From a virus: a DNA stretch of 64,000 nt. The stretch's first letter is position 1. Every line of letters begins with the position of its first letter. Below are positions 1-11,054 of the stretch, in pieces. A program made the position numbers and the translations under genes. The DNA is taken from IMG/VR virus record IMGVR_UViG_3300045988_132703. One strand, written 5' to 3'. Under the pieces are notes generated by a model that was given only the letters and a program-made list of their open reading frames with translations, had not been told where the DNA came from and ran no database searches.

Positions 1-3000
1 TTACTTGAAGAATCAGACTCTTATGTTTTTAAGAATAACCCCAACTATTCTCCAACTCTTTATCCTGACCCAAATGACGAAAGCCAAAATATAGAAGGAT
101 ATATTCCAGATAGATGGACAAGAAATGTTTTAAAAATAGGACAAAATTCTTTTCCAATTAACGATTATGAGACTCATACGGAGCAATATTATAATACTCA
201 AAAACCAGATACTTATTTTGTAGGAACAAAAGCAATAGGTAACGGTAATTCAGAAGTTTATTATACACCTGTCAAAAATTTAAGTTACTATACTTATAAT
301 TATTCTTATGATGCGAGTAATAAGACTTATCAATGTATTGCCTCAAGTCACGCATCTGCTTCTACTCTTGTTAGAAGTAATATTTCTGGCATTGTTGAAA
401 ATGCAATAGTAAAAGATTCTACTGGCGCGATTGTATCTATTTCAGACAAAGTTACCGGACGAGATTTATTTAATGCAACAAATAATAATAAATCTATTTC
501 CTATTCTCTAGGCAGCACATCTATAGTTACTGAACAAGTTACAAATAATGGAGTATAGGATATTGTAAATGCCACTTATGACATTGTTTGGGGTTCAACA
601 GGAGAAAATAAAAAGAATAGTAATTTATATAATTTTACTGTAAAGCAAGAAATAACTTCCTATGATTCCAACGGCGCGCCAATCGTTACAGAAAACATTC
701 TTACTGGTACTCGTTCTTTACTCGGAATGAGCAATTTACTTTATATTGACGCAAAAACGGGTAGTTATCGTAATGGTTCTTCTTATCTCACAGAAGAAGA
801 AATTGCGGCAATTTAGGGCAAAGCATTAGCAAGTACAACTATTGATTTACTTAACAGTTCAACTTATTCTACTTTAAGTGAAGAAGATATTGATTTTAAT
901 AAAGATAACGAAACTACAATTTATACTGTAGAATTAGAAGATGAAAAAATTCAATATAATAAAACTACTTCTACTAATGAAATACTTACTCGTGAAAAAG
1001 CGAAAAAGAAAGGAATTATTGATAAAAATGCAGCTGATATTTTAATTATTTTAAGTTCAACAGATTCTTCTGTTGATTCATCAAATACTTTTTTTACCTA
1101 TGATGAAATTTCTAATATCAAAGATTCAGATTACGGATTATATACTTTGGGACGAGGATTGTCTGATGATAAATTAAGTTTAATTAGTCCTAAAGATTCA
1201 ATTAATCAAATTGGTGAATTAACTGGTAATTAGGTTCTTTATTTTACTGTCTTAAATAATTATTATGATAGTAATTATTACTATTTTACTAATTAGAAAT
1301 AGCCAGATATAAATTTTTAGATTAATGATGTCCCATATTACTCTTTTTTAGCTTATTCTGAATAGATTGCTGCGGGTAATAAACCTACCTCTTCTGAACA
1401 CGGATTATTAAATCATTTTACTTTTTAGAAGTCAAAAACTCAGATTTTACCTTTGTCAAATTCGTCTGTTGGTTCTGAAGACAATCCGCTAGTAACCTTG
1501 CAGAGATTTTTCCCTATTGTTTCTTCTCTTGCGGGAATGCCTTATAATTTTAAATATTACAAATTTAAAATTCAAGGTGGAACAATCAATGAAAAAGGTA
1601 CGGTTATTTATAATAGTGCTCCTCTTTATGAGTCGGGAAAAATCTTCTCTCGTAGTATTTTAATTGATTATAATAATTATGTCACCGATTATGATAGATA
1701 TAGAATAGAATTAATGTTAGCTACCTCTGAAAATGGTTTCTATTATTATTATACTTATTTATATCCTACAATTGATATGTTCCAAGACGATGAAAAAGAC
1801 GACCATTTTGCTTCTGTTTCTTACGATGAAGAAAAAGGAGCGGCAAAAATTTCTTGGACTAAAGATAACGCTTATCCTCCAGCATTAAAAGGAGTAGAAA
1901 TTACTGAATATGGTACTTATATCACCAATGGTAAAAAATTCCCATTAAAAGCATATAAGATTTCAAAAGATGGGTATATAACTTACTATCATAAAGGTAG
2001 TGAAATTTTAAATATTAATCCACTTCATGATTTTCAAATTAGTTTTACTATTGATAAGGTTTTAAAAGGACTAGACAAAATAACTATCGATCCTCTTATA
2101 GCTTTTAATAACACTCAAAATGCAACTGTCATTAGTCTTTCAGTAGAAGATAATATAATTGAATTAATGGAAGATAATGTTACAATCAAATCTTCTAAAA
2201 ATACAATTATTGAAACTGTTCAATCTTTTATTGATTGGGATGATGATGATACACACAAAAATCAAATTTTCCAATATCGTCTACCAGAAGCTACAAATAA
2301 AACAGAAGATGTTTTATTACCAACCAATGGTGTTCTCGCGCCAACAGAACAAAACTTATCTAAGTACTGTTTCCACTTTTATTTATTCCCCTGGTCTACA
2401 AAAGGCTCAAATGAAGCAAAAGCTTCTTATAAAATTACTCGTTTTTATAATGTAGACAGTTGTGCGACAAATGAACTAATCATGGAATCTGAAGATGAAT
2501 GGCGTTTAGGTTTCTATGGCGAAGGCGCAGGTAATAATGCGGATTTAAGCAATGGCAGTAATAATTTACCATCTGGCCCAACCAAAACTAATTTTGATAC
2601 TTCAAAGTACATTTCTGTTTCTTATCTCTTAAGCGGCGGACGTCCCACTTCCCAAATGTTAAATGGTTTAAGTAAAATTAATCTCTATGGCGAAGTTCTT
2701 TATTATGGAATTTTAGATATTAACCGCCGAGGCATAATTGCAAGTGAAGATAATTTTATTTTAAATTTTAATGATAGTAATGTTGGATTTTCTTCTTTAT
2801 CGCGCGAAGTATACGGTTATAGAATTTTCCGCAATGTTTATGAAAATGACAATGTAAATAGTAGAGATATAGCTCTTGATTTTATGCGCCAAATGGATAC
2901 TGTTTATGCTTCTATCTGTGGTGCAATTACACTAGATGATTCAAACCATAGTCCTCTTGGTAAATATGAAAATATTGTCGATACCGCAACTTATGTTCAA

Positions 3001-3852
3001 GGCTGGGATGAAAATGGAAATGCTATCGGATATATTCGTGGAGCAGATTTAAGAGCATTAGTAAATGATAGTTTCACCGATTTAAGACAGGCGATGGATG
3101 AATATTTTGCAGGAAAAGATTTAAGTTTTAATTTTAATACTGAGCCTTTTGATGAAATTTATAGCTTACTTGACGGCATTCAAACTCCTAACATGATTGC
3201 TAATGATATGATTGCGGACATTAATATTTTTAATTATACAATATCGGAAGAAGCTGGACAATATTATATCTATGATTATAACATTCCAAGTAATGGCTAT
3301 TTTAGATATTAGATTGTTCCTTTATTAAGAGATAAAACTTATAATGTTTTAATCGCCAAAACTAACAATAATGGTGAAACCATTATTTATATAGATGATG
3401 AACAATGGCATATGACTGACATAAAGAAACGTGCTGACGGTAGTTATGCTCCCGGCGATACTTGGAATTTCCTTTTAGGAGTCCAGAGTGCGCAATATAC
3501 TCAAAACTTTACAAAAACTCTTCAAACTGGTTTTGCCCCATATCCTAAAGTCATGACCAGTATGGCTAATTACAAGACAACTCAATTTACTGGTTATTTA
3601 GGTAAATTTAGTTTTAGAAATGGTGGCTCTAACGTATATGAAGATACCATCGATCGTATTGAAAAATGGAATGAATTTGCATATGCACGCAATCAAATTT
3701 TAGTCAAAGATCCAAAAGGTCACGTTTTCATTGCCGCAATTTCTGCAACCTCTGACATTAGCGATGCAGCAATTCCAGAAATGCCAACTCAAGTTACCTG
3801 CACCTTAACTCAAGTTGGAGATATTGATTCGTTTAAGGTATATTCTCTGTGA
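1..3852 (+). CDS. Large virion protein (tail fibre / host-recognition type), 5'-partial, read with TAG=Gln
   Basis: Frame 1 is open from nt 1 to TGA at 3850 if TAG is sense. There are 9 in-frame TAG (556, 814, 1231, 1294, 1300, 1318, 1363, 1426, 3310). It joins track ORFs 1453..3312 and 3412..3852. Function is inferred only from size and position upstream of a baseplate-like gene. Confidence 0.6.
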
Positions 3853-3861
3853 GGTGTTCAA

Positions 3862-5085
3862 ATGGAATATTTTAACTACACAGGGAAGGAGTATAGAGTA
3901 GCGGTTCAATCTGCTACTTTATATCCCGTTATAAAGGTTGAACTACTTGATTAGTTTGAAAATGCTTACGCCGAAATTTCAGAAGAAATTACAGATAATA
4001 GTGGCTCAATTCAGTCAACTTTATAGCAAGGAGTTCGTAATACAGTTTCTTTTTCTATTTTTGATCCAGCGGGAAAATTTATTCCAGATGCAAATAATAA
4101 TTTGTTTTGGGTTAGAAAAAAATTTAAATTATATGTCGGACTTGCGACTGAACAAAAAGCAATTTAGCTTAATGGTCAAACCACTGGAATTTCTGGAGAT
4201 ATATTTTGGTTTTCTAAAGGCGTTTACATCATTACTGATATAAGCGCGCAAAAAGATAGTTCTGGCAATCAGACAATTTCTTTTACTGGCGTTGACAAAT
4301 ATGGAGCTTTTACTAACGATACTGGTTATGGCGAAATGATTGGAACTTTTTCTTTTGATATAGGAATGTCAATCTCTTATGTCATTAAAAATGTTCTTAA
4401 ACAAGATATTGGTAATGGTCAAATGCTTGATCCTCTTGAACCAATTATTGATCCAGACCTTCAAGAATATAAACTTCAACTTGCTTTTAGTAAAGGTCCC
4501 GGCTCTTATATTGGAGACCTCTTAAATGATTTAGCTACTACTCTTCATGCTGATATTTATTATGACATGGATGGACATTTGAATGTCAAAAAGTCATTAA
4601 ATTTTGATGAATATAAAAATGTCCAAAATCAATGGGATTTTACAGAAGGAAGTGCAGAGTATATCTCTGCGCAAGTAAATTATTAGTTAAAAAATATTGC
4701 TAATTATATTTATGTAATTGGTGATAATCCTCTTGGGGGACAAATTCCTGTCGCAATAGCTGAAAACAATGACGCTCGCTCACCATTAAGTATCGCAAAA
4801 ATAGGACGTAAATCTCGTTATATCGAGAAAAGTACTATTTATTCTCAATAGGAAGCTGAAGATTATGCACAATATATTTTAAAAACCGCTTGTCTTTTAG
4901 GTAATCAAATTTCTTTTACTTGTACTTTAATTCCTAGTCTTGAACTTGATAATACTTTTTCTTTAACAGATTCTTACTATCAATATGATAGACAAGAATT
5001 TATTATTACTGCAATTACTTATCCTATTGGCGTTGGTACAATGTCTATCAGCGGCAGTAGCATAAAAGAATTACCGGAGAATTGA
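3862..5085 (+). CDS. Baseplate/tail hub-like structural protein (XkdQ/gpD-like, tentative)
   Basis: GAGGTG RBS at 3851-56, ATG at 3862, TGA at 5083. 5 in-frame TAG. Includes track ORF 4336..4686. Function is assigned from context and weak remembered similarity. Confidence 0.5.
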
Positions 5086-5087
5086 TT

Positions 5088-5654
5088 ATGGCTTTAAATA
5101 AGTATGGAAGATAGATTATTGAAGTAATAGATTAGAGAATTGATTCCTATATAAAAGAATCAAAAATTACAGTCCGTTATATTGGGCAAATAAAAGAAGT
5201 TCTTGGAAATAATAGATATAGAGTATAGCTTGTTGGCTATGATACTATTTACACTTTTCCCGCACGCCCCTATGTTGATTCGATTGTAAATGATTATGTT
5301 TATATTGAAAGCAAAGCTGGAAATATTGATAATGGTATAATTATTGATAAATTAAATGGTAGTTATGGTTATATTTACAATGCCAATGGTTCAGTAGACC
5401 AAGATTTAAATAGTCAAGGCGCAATGTTAAAATCAGTTTATGACAGAGACAACAATGGTATCGTAGATAATGCAACTCGTGTTAATAATCATACAGTTCA
5501 ATCTGATGTTCCAGCCAACGCGCAATTTACAGATACTACCGATGCTTCCGGTATCCGTATGGCAAATGGGCAAACTGTTGAGCAAATTATTAATTCTATA
5601 AGCGCCGCTGTAGGCAACAGCGATTCTATTGACGAAGGCTTTTACTATAATTAA
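5088..5654 (+). CDS. Tail-fibre-like protein
   Basis: ATG at 5088, 3 in-frame TAG, TAA at 5652. Carries the motif MLKSVYDRDNNGIVDNATRVNNHTV...VPANAQFTDT seen in phage fibre proteins. A related motif occurs in 39655..40158. Confidence 0.5.
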
Positions 5655-5660
5655 AATTAA

Positions 5661-5694
5661 AATAAGGGTCAAATTTCTGATCCTTATTTTTTTT
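5661..5694 (+). terminator. Rho-independent terminator
   Basis: 11-bp stem 5661-71/5778-88-equivalent (AATAAGGGTCA / TGATCCTTATT, one G:U pair), 6-nt loop, then a T-run at 5689-94. Confidence 0.6.
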
Positions 5695-5702
5695 AAATTT
5701 CA

Positions 5703-5730
5703 TTGGCAAATTTTGCCAAAATTTTATAAT
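5703..5730 (+). promoter_or_regulatory. Sigma70-like promoter with overlapping palindrome
   Basis: TTGGCA (5703-08), 16-nt spacer, TATAAT (5725-30). The perfect palindrome TTGGCAAA/TTTTGCCAA (5703-5719) covers the -35 and spacer. Confidence 0.5.
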
Positions 5731-5773
5731 TCTCAATTAGGCTTTTCGCTTTATAGATGAAGGGGTGAGATAG

Positions 5774-5995
5774 ATGAATGATAAATTTCTTGATGCAATG
5801 ATTGAGCAAAGTATTCAAATGATGACCGATGCTTGTCATGGAAAAACATTAAGCAAAGATGAAATGGCATTTATTATTGCTACACAAAAAGCAGAAGATA
5901 AAAGAAAACGTGCTCAAATACTACCAAATTTGATTAAAAATTCTCAAAATATTTTACCACTAATTAATTCATTATTTGGCGGTGGAGGTAATTAA
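5774..5995 (+). CDS. Small hypothetical protein
   Basis: Track ORF with RBS GAAGGGGTGAG upstream. No TAG, ends in TAA. Confidence 0.5.
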   Translation: MNDKFLDAMIEQSIQMMTDACHGKTLSKDEMAFIIATQKAEDKRKRAQILPNLIKNSQNILPLINSLFGGGGN

Positions 5996-6486
5996 TGAAT
6001 AATCTTTATCAGAATATGCAAGGATAGCAATTTAATCCTGCGACAATATCTTCTATACCCTATAAACCTATTACTTTTGAAAAATTATCTAATGTAATTG
6101 GAATGACTTATAATTTATCTGCCATTGAAAATATGAACACTATTTCTCTTCCTCGCGGTGGAGAACAACAAATTTTCTTTGTTAATAACGACGATAGAAT
6201 TTATACGCGAGCTTTTGACAACAGCATTGGCATTATTGCCTATAAACAGGACTATGTTGAAAGACTTCAAAAAGAATTAAATGAAGCACAATCCCAATTA
6301 CACGAAATTTTTGAATCAGTTACTCAAAATGAACAAAGTAATGAAACTTCTCCTTTTGAAGAAAGACTTTCAAAAGTAGAGCAACAATTAAATGAACTAA
6401 TATCTAAACAGGAGGTTGTTTCTAATGAACATCCAGAATCTAATAAAGCTATGGCCGCAATATCAAAATTGGCTGAAACAAAATAA
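5995..6486 (+). CDS. Hypothetical coiled-coil protein
   Basis: ATG overlaps the previous TAA (TAATG). 1 in-frame TAG. Extends track ORF 6103..6486 upstream. Confidence 0.5.
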
Positions 6487-6739
6487 TATTACTCCTAATA
6501 ATATCCAATAGAAGATTCCAGAATTTGTTCAATAGGTACGACAAAATCCTGAAGATTCAAAGCGCTTAGATTCCTATTTGTCTAATCCAAATTTGACAAA
6601 AATTGCCAAATCATAGTTTAATTTAACTGATGATTAGATAAATAAAATTAAAGAAGTTGCAGGCGTAAATCAAACACCAGTAGGTTCTGGAAATTTAACT
6701 CCAGAACAATTAAATTTAATTAAAAAGTTTAGAAAGTAA
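6425..6739 (+). CDS. Hypothetical protein
   Basis: AGGAGG RBS 9 nt upstream of ATG 6425. 4 in-frame TAG, TAA at 6737. Overlaps the previous gene by 62 nt in another frame. Confidence 0.45.
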
Positions 6740-6795
6740 GTGCGCATTAACCGACTAAACTTTAAATAAATAAAATTTTTAAGGAGGATTCATTT

Positions 6796-7515
6796 ATGGA
6801 TTCTATTGGCTTAGGCGACATTCTTGCTGTTATGAACCAAAAAGATAATGACGGTTATGGTTGGGGTGGCTCTTGGTTTTGGGTTATTATCCTTTTCTTC
6901 TTCTTTGCTTTCTTTGGTCGCGGATTCGGTGGCTATGGAGATTCTGGTGCATTAACTCGCGCGGAACTTTATGACGGTTTAAACTATACTCAATTGCAGA
7001 ATGGCATTCGTGAAAATCAATCTACTATGCGCGAAGGCTTTTATGACAATGGTATGAACAATATGCAAGGTTTTAATGTAATCCAGAAAGACTTATGTCA
7101 AGGCTTTAACAGCGTAAATTCTAATATAAGTCAAGGATTTGATGCTGTATCAGCACAAATGGCTCAATTAGGCTATCAGCAATAGAGCTGCTGCTGTGAC
7201 ATTGAACGTTCTATTGATAATGTTCGCGCAGAAAATTATAAGAACACTTGCGAAATTACTAATGCTATTCATTGTGAAGGAGAGCAAACTCGCGCATTAA
7301 TTAATGCTAATACTATGCAAGAACTTCGCGATCGTTTAGCAGATCGTGATCGCGATTTGCTTACTGCTAACTTCCAGCTCAGCCAGCAAGCCCAGAGTGC
7401 TAACATTATTAGTACTCTCCGCCCATTCCCACAACCAGCTTATATTACTTGCTCTCCTTATGAAAGCGTATATGGTAATGGCTGTGCTCACGTGAATGCT
7501 GGTTGCGGCATCTAA
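6796..7515 (+). CDS. Membrane-anchored Cys-rich protein
   Basis: AGGAGG RBS. Joins track ORFs 6796..7185 and 7315..7515 through the TAG at 7183. Has an N-terminal Gly/aromatic TM segment (WFWVIILFFFFAFFG) and an SCCCD Cys cluster. Confidence 0.6.
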
Positions 7516-7534
7516 TTATTAAAGGAGGAATAAC

Positions 7535-7945
7535 ATGGTAAATAGTTATACTAATACCAGTGTCGCTGTTGCTAGTAACGCAGCTATTCCTTTTGTTAAT
7601 AATAGATATGTAGTTGGTTGTGGAACCAGTCATACAGCTGGTTCTCCAACCGTTACTTTAAGGAAAACTGGATATTATTTAGTTAATTTCAGTGGTGTTT
7701 TAAGTGCAGCTAGTACTGGTTTAGTCTCAACTCAATTATATAATAATGGAGTTGCAATTCCTGGTGCGCTAAGCTCTATAACAATTGACACCGCTGGAAG
7801 TCTTAAAAATGTTTCTTTCTCAACAATAGTAAGAGTTCTAAATTCTTGTGCTTGCATAGACAATACAGCTAATCTGACAGTTGTTAATACTGGATTAGAA
7901 GCTACTTATTCTGATGCTGAAATTACTATCGTAAGATTGAATTAA
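7535..7945 (+). CDS. BclA C-terminal (C1q/TNF-like) domain-like protein, tentative
   Basis: AGGAGG RBS, no TAG. The beta-rich pattern (GYYLVNFSG...QLYNNGVAIPG...NLTVVN) recalls exosporium BclA-CTD jelly-roll domains. This is from memory only. Confidence 0.4.
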   Translation: MVNSYTNTSVAVASNAAIPFVNNRYVVGCGTSHTAGSPTVTLRKTGYYLVNFSGVLSAASTGLVSTQLYNNGVAIPGALSSITIDTAGSLKNVSFSTIVRVLNSCACIDNTANLTVVNTGLEATYSDAEITIVRLN

Positions 7946-7956
7946 GGAGTGTTACT

Positions 7957-8253
7957 ATGGAAATAGAAGCTCTGTTAAAAACAATGATGGATGAGCTAAA
8001 AGACGCATAGATGATGTATGATTATGCTTGTGGTTCTAAAAAATACGGCCATGATGACCTTATGACTTTTTATATCACTCGCGCAGAACAACGTTTAAAA
8101 ATGTTTGATGAAGATCATGCTATCATTCTTCGTGAAATAGGCAAGAAAGAAAAAGAAGGATATTTCGCAAAGGAAGGGAAATGGGATTATCTTTATGACT
8201 ATTACATGGATCAAAAATGCGATTTAGCTAATAAAGTCAAAAATTTTAAATAA
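7957..8253 (+). CDS. Hypothetical protein
   Basis: AAGGAG RBS, ATG at 7957, in-frame TAG at 8008. Extends track ORF 8011..8253. Confidence 0.5.
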
Positions 8254-8254
8254 A

Positions 8255-8300
8255 TAAAAAAAGAGAGAGGACTCTTAATTGAGTCCTCTCTTTTCGTTTT
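8255..8300. terminator. Bidirectional rho-independent terminator
   Basis: 11-bp stem AGAGAGGACTC/GAGTCCTCTCT (8264-74 / 8281-91), flanked by an A-run upstream and a T-run downstream. It lies between convergent genes. Confidence 0.7.
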
Positions 8301-9045
8301 ATCCCCATTGAAACATTTCAACAGGTTTACAGTTCCTAGTTCCATAACGCCCAATACAAATTGCATCTGCTTCATCTTCAGTAACATTTATATCGAACCA
8401 ATCTCTTACATGAACCTAAGCACTTCGTTTTTTATCAGTCCTTGTTTTACCTTTAATTCCAACATCAGCGCGCCAGGTAGACGAAGACACAACTTTAAAA
8501 TCTACGCCCTACTCGCGCAAAGAAACTTGAAGAACTCCGAGCAATTCAGCCAAAGCTTTATAAACAGTAACCCCATTTACGGCCTCGCCATTAAAAACTG
8601 ATTTTCCTTCAATTTTCTATTGATACTAAATATCTTCAAGTAAAACAATATCTGGTTTATAATTAATAATTAAATTAGTTAGCCACTAACGAATTTCAAC
8701 TAATCTATCAACAGTGTCTTTTGATTTAGCTTTAAAAACACCATACCGCAATAAAGTTTCGTCGTCCCATAATGACCAACCACTTATTTTTGTAGCCTAA
8801 TCTAGCGCGAGAATACGTCTAGCTTCCGTTTTTTGAATAGGAGACATATCCATTTTTTTCAAAGGGTTGGAATTACATATTGGACACTAAAATTTATTTC
8901 TAATTTTTTTATATGGCGCAATAACTAAATGACCTTCTGGGCATTCAAACTCCATGTCTGTTGATAAATTAATATATTCTTCGCTTCTAACTTTCCAACC
9001 TTTCTCAGCTAGATCAGAACGAATCTAATCTAGTGTTATTTTCAT
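8299..9045 (-). CDS. ruvC: RuvC-like Holliday junction resolvase with N-terminal Zn-ribbon
   Basis: ATG at 9045, TAA at 8299, 8 in-frame TAG. Motifs: ILALDQATKISGW (TAG supplies the Q), LLEDI, DEADAICIG. Confidence 0.7.
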
Positions 9046-9050
9046 TTTAA

Positions 9051-9827
9051 TTAGCGGCCTGATGAACCAAAGCCAGCTCCTCTATCAGTGGAATATTTTT
9101 CAAACTCTTCTTCAGAAATTTCTTGAGCCTGCATTTTAGGAGTTTGTTCAAGAATCATTTGTGCAATTCTGTCACCTTTTTTAATAACATAAGGTTCAGA
9201 ACCAGTATTCCAAACAATGACTCCGACCTCATTACGATAAGTGCAATCTACTGTACCTGGCGCATTTGCAACTCTAATGCCAGTTTTTAGACTCATACCA
9301 CTACGGGGGACTACGGAAATACGATAACCACCAGGAATAATCATTTTAACTCCAGTGTGAATAATCATTGTTTCACCGGGTTCAACAACTGCATCTTCAT
9401 TAGAATAAATATCTGCACCCGCGTCACCAATAGACTGATAAGCAGGAATAATTGCATCAGGAGTAACTTTACAAAATTTAACTGGAACCTTTTGGAAATA
9501 ACCATTAGTTTCCTTAATTTCTTTAAACATGGCTTGGCAGCGAGCCATAAATGAAAGAATCATTTCCTTTTTCTTGCCGGTACCAAAAACATTTTTTCGA
9601 GCCTGATCAACCCATTCATCAAATTGCTTATCATAATGATTAAATTCTTGAGGATTATTCGCGCGAGAATCAACAAGTACGCGAACAAAATCTTCACTAT
9701 TCATAATAGTTTCAATCAAAGAATTAATTTCAGTAATATCTCTACCGTCTTCAAAAGCTTGATCGGGAATCTGGACAAAATCATCAAAAAGTTTCAAAGG
9801 ATTGTCTTGTAAAAAATTCTCATTCAT
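9051..9827 (-). CDS. dut: dUTPase with N-terminal extension
   Basis: Motifs GDAGADIY, RSGMS, GTVDCTYRNEVG, GDRIAQMI, RGAGFGSSG. The ATG at 9827 is preferred over the track TTG at 9839. No TAG. Confidence 0.85.
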   Translation of the reverse strand: MNENFLQDNPLKLFDDFVQIPDQAFEDGRDITEINSLIETIMNSEDFVRVLVDSRANNPQEFNHYDKQFDEWVDQARKNVFGTGKKKEMILSFMARCQAMFKEIKETNGYFQKVPVKFCKVTPDAIIPAYQSIGDAGADIYSNEDAVVEPGETMIIHTGVKMIIPGGYRISVVPRSGMSLKTGIRVANAPGTVDCTYRNEVGVIVWNTGSEPYVIKKGDRIAQMILEQTPKMQAQEISEEEFEKYSTDRGAGFGSSGR

Positions 9828-9981
9828 AAGAGTTTTCAATCTCCTTTAGTTCTTGTAAAATTTTTCTTACTCCTTCTCGCCACATTGGCATATCAGGAGA
9901 ATATTCTCCATTTGCAATAGAAATATTTATCTTATTTTGAAGCTGTTTTAATTCAGCTTGTAAATCTTGAATAGTTTTCAT
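9820..9981 (-). CDS. Small hypothetical protein
   Basis: 53-aa ORF coupled by ATGA overlaps to both neighbours. Confidence 0.35.
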   Translation of the reverse strand: MKTIQDLQAELKQLQNKINISIANGEYSPDMPMWREGVRKILQELKEIENSYE

Positions 9982-11054
9982 AATCTAGGTCTCCATTTAC
10001 CACTATCTCGAACTTGGCGAACATTTAAATTAGCCAATATATACAAATTACGGTCAGCTTGGATTGTTTGATTTATCAATTTGCATCGCTCTTTGCCAGC
10101 AATATGATAAACTTCATCCATAACTGTTTTATTAGAAGTAGGATTCAATTTATAAGTAAGAATATTTGAAAAAGCTCTCATTAAAATCTCATAAACAGTT
10201 GCTGCACCATCCCAATCATCTGGTTTTAAATCCACTTTTATAGGAATTTTTACATTGCGCGAGGCGCCATAAAAATAAATATTTAATGCAGCAATAAGAG
10301 CTTTTCGACTAGTAGGTTTCTCATTTAAAGGCACATGATAACCACAGTAGCAATTAAAACAATCTATATATTTCATTAATTTAGTAATAGGTATCCCATC
10401 ATTATGAACTAAAAATAACGCCTATCTACTATCAGTTATTGCTTTACTATTGGAAGAATAATAAACAAATAAATCTAAATCTTTTATCTAGCTGCTGTGT
10501 AAAAATAATAATTCATTTCCTCTTGAAGTAAAATAGTCAAATATTTCTTTTGCATAAGAGCTATTATAAAAATTATAATCATATAAAATGATTTTTTGAT
10601 TAGAATAATTTAGTTTAGTATAATCAATTAATAACTCATTTCCATTTGTTATTCTTAATAAAATAAAATCTTCGCTTAAAATTTTCTTAACTATCTAATT
10701 TTTAGTTCTAGTGGTAAATACATTTTCGTGAGTTTTTACAAAAGTAGAATAAAATGTCCTATCAGGAGGACTATGTTCAACTTCTTCTGGAAGTTTTACA
10801 TAATTACCAGTAAAGCCTCTACCTACCCATTGTAAATTACTTTGCAATAAAAAAGAAGAAGGAAAGTCCTTCTAAGAAAGACTTTCCCTAGAAAGATAAA
10901 GTATATCATATTTTTCACTATCTTCAAAAGATAGGACAAATTCTACTATATCTCCTCTTTTTTTATGATAATAGGACAATTTCATCAATTCAAGAGATGG
11001 ACAAAACTTCGCAGGATTTAAAAGAATATCCTAATCAAATATTCCAATATACAT
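9978..11054 (-). CDS. Hypothetical protein
   Basis: ATG overlaps the dnaE TAA (TAATG). 5 in-frame TAG. Extends track ORF 9978..10376. Confidence 0.5.

Noticed and set aside
5995-6739. The 62-nt overlap of 5995..6486 and 6425..6739 as a tail-chaperone-type programmed -1 frameshift.
   Set aside because: The downstream gene has its own AGGAGG RBS and ATG. There is no slippery heptamer at the overlap, and the locus lies downstream of baseplate and fibre genes rather than between the tail tube and tape measure genes.
1-8253. Pseudogenisation or a decaying prophage as the explanation for the fragmented late ORFs.
   Set aside because: Only TAG interrupts the frames, never TAA or TGA, and there are no frameshifts. 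The interruptions coincide with conserved Gln positions, and gene starts and RBSs are intact.
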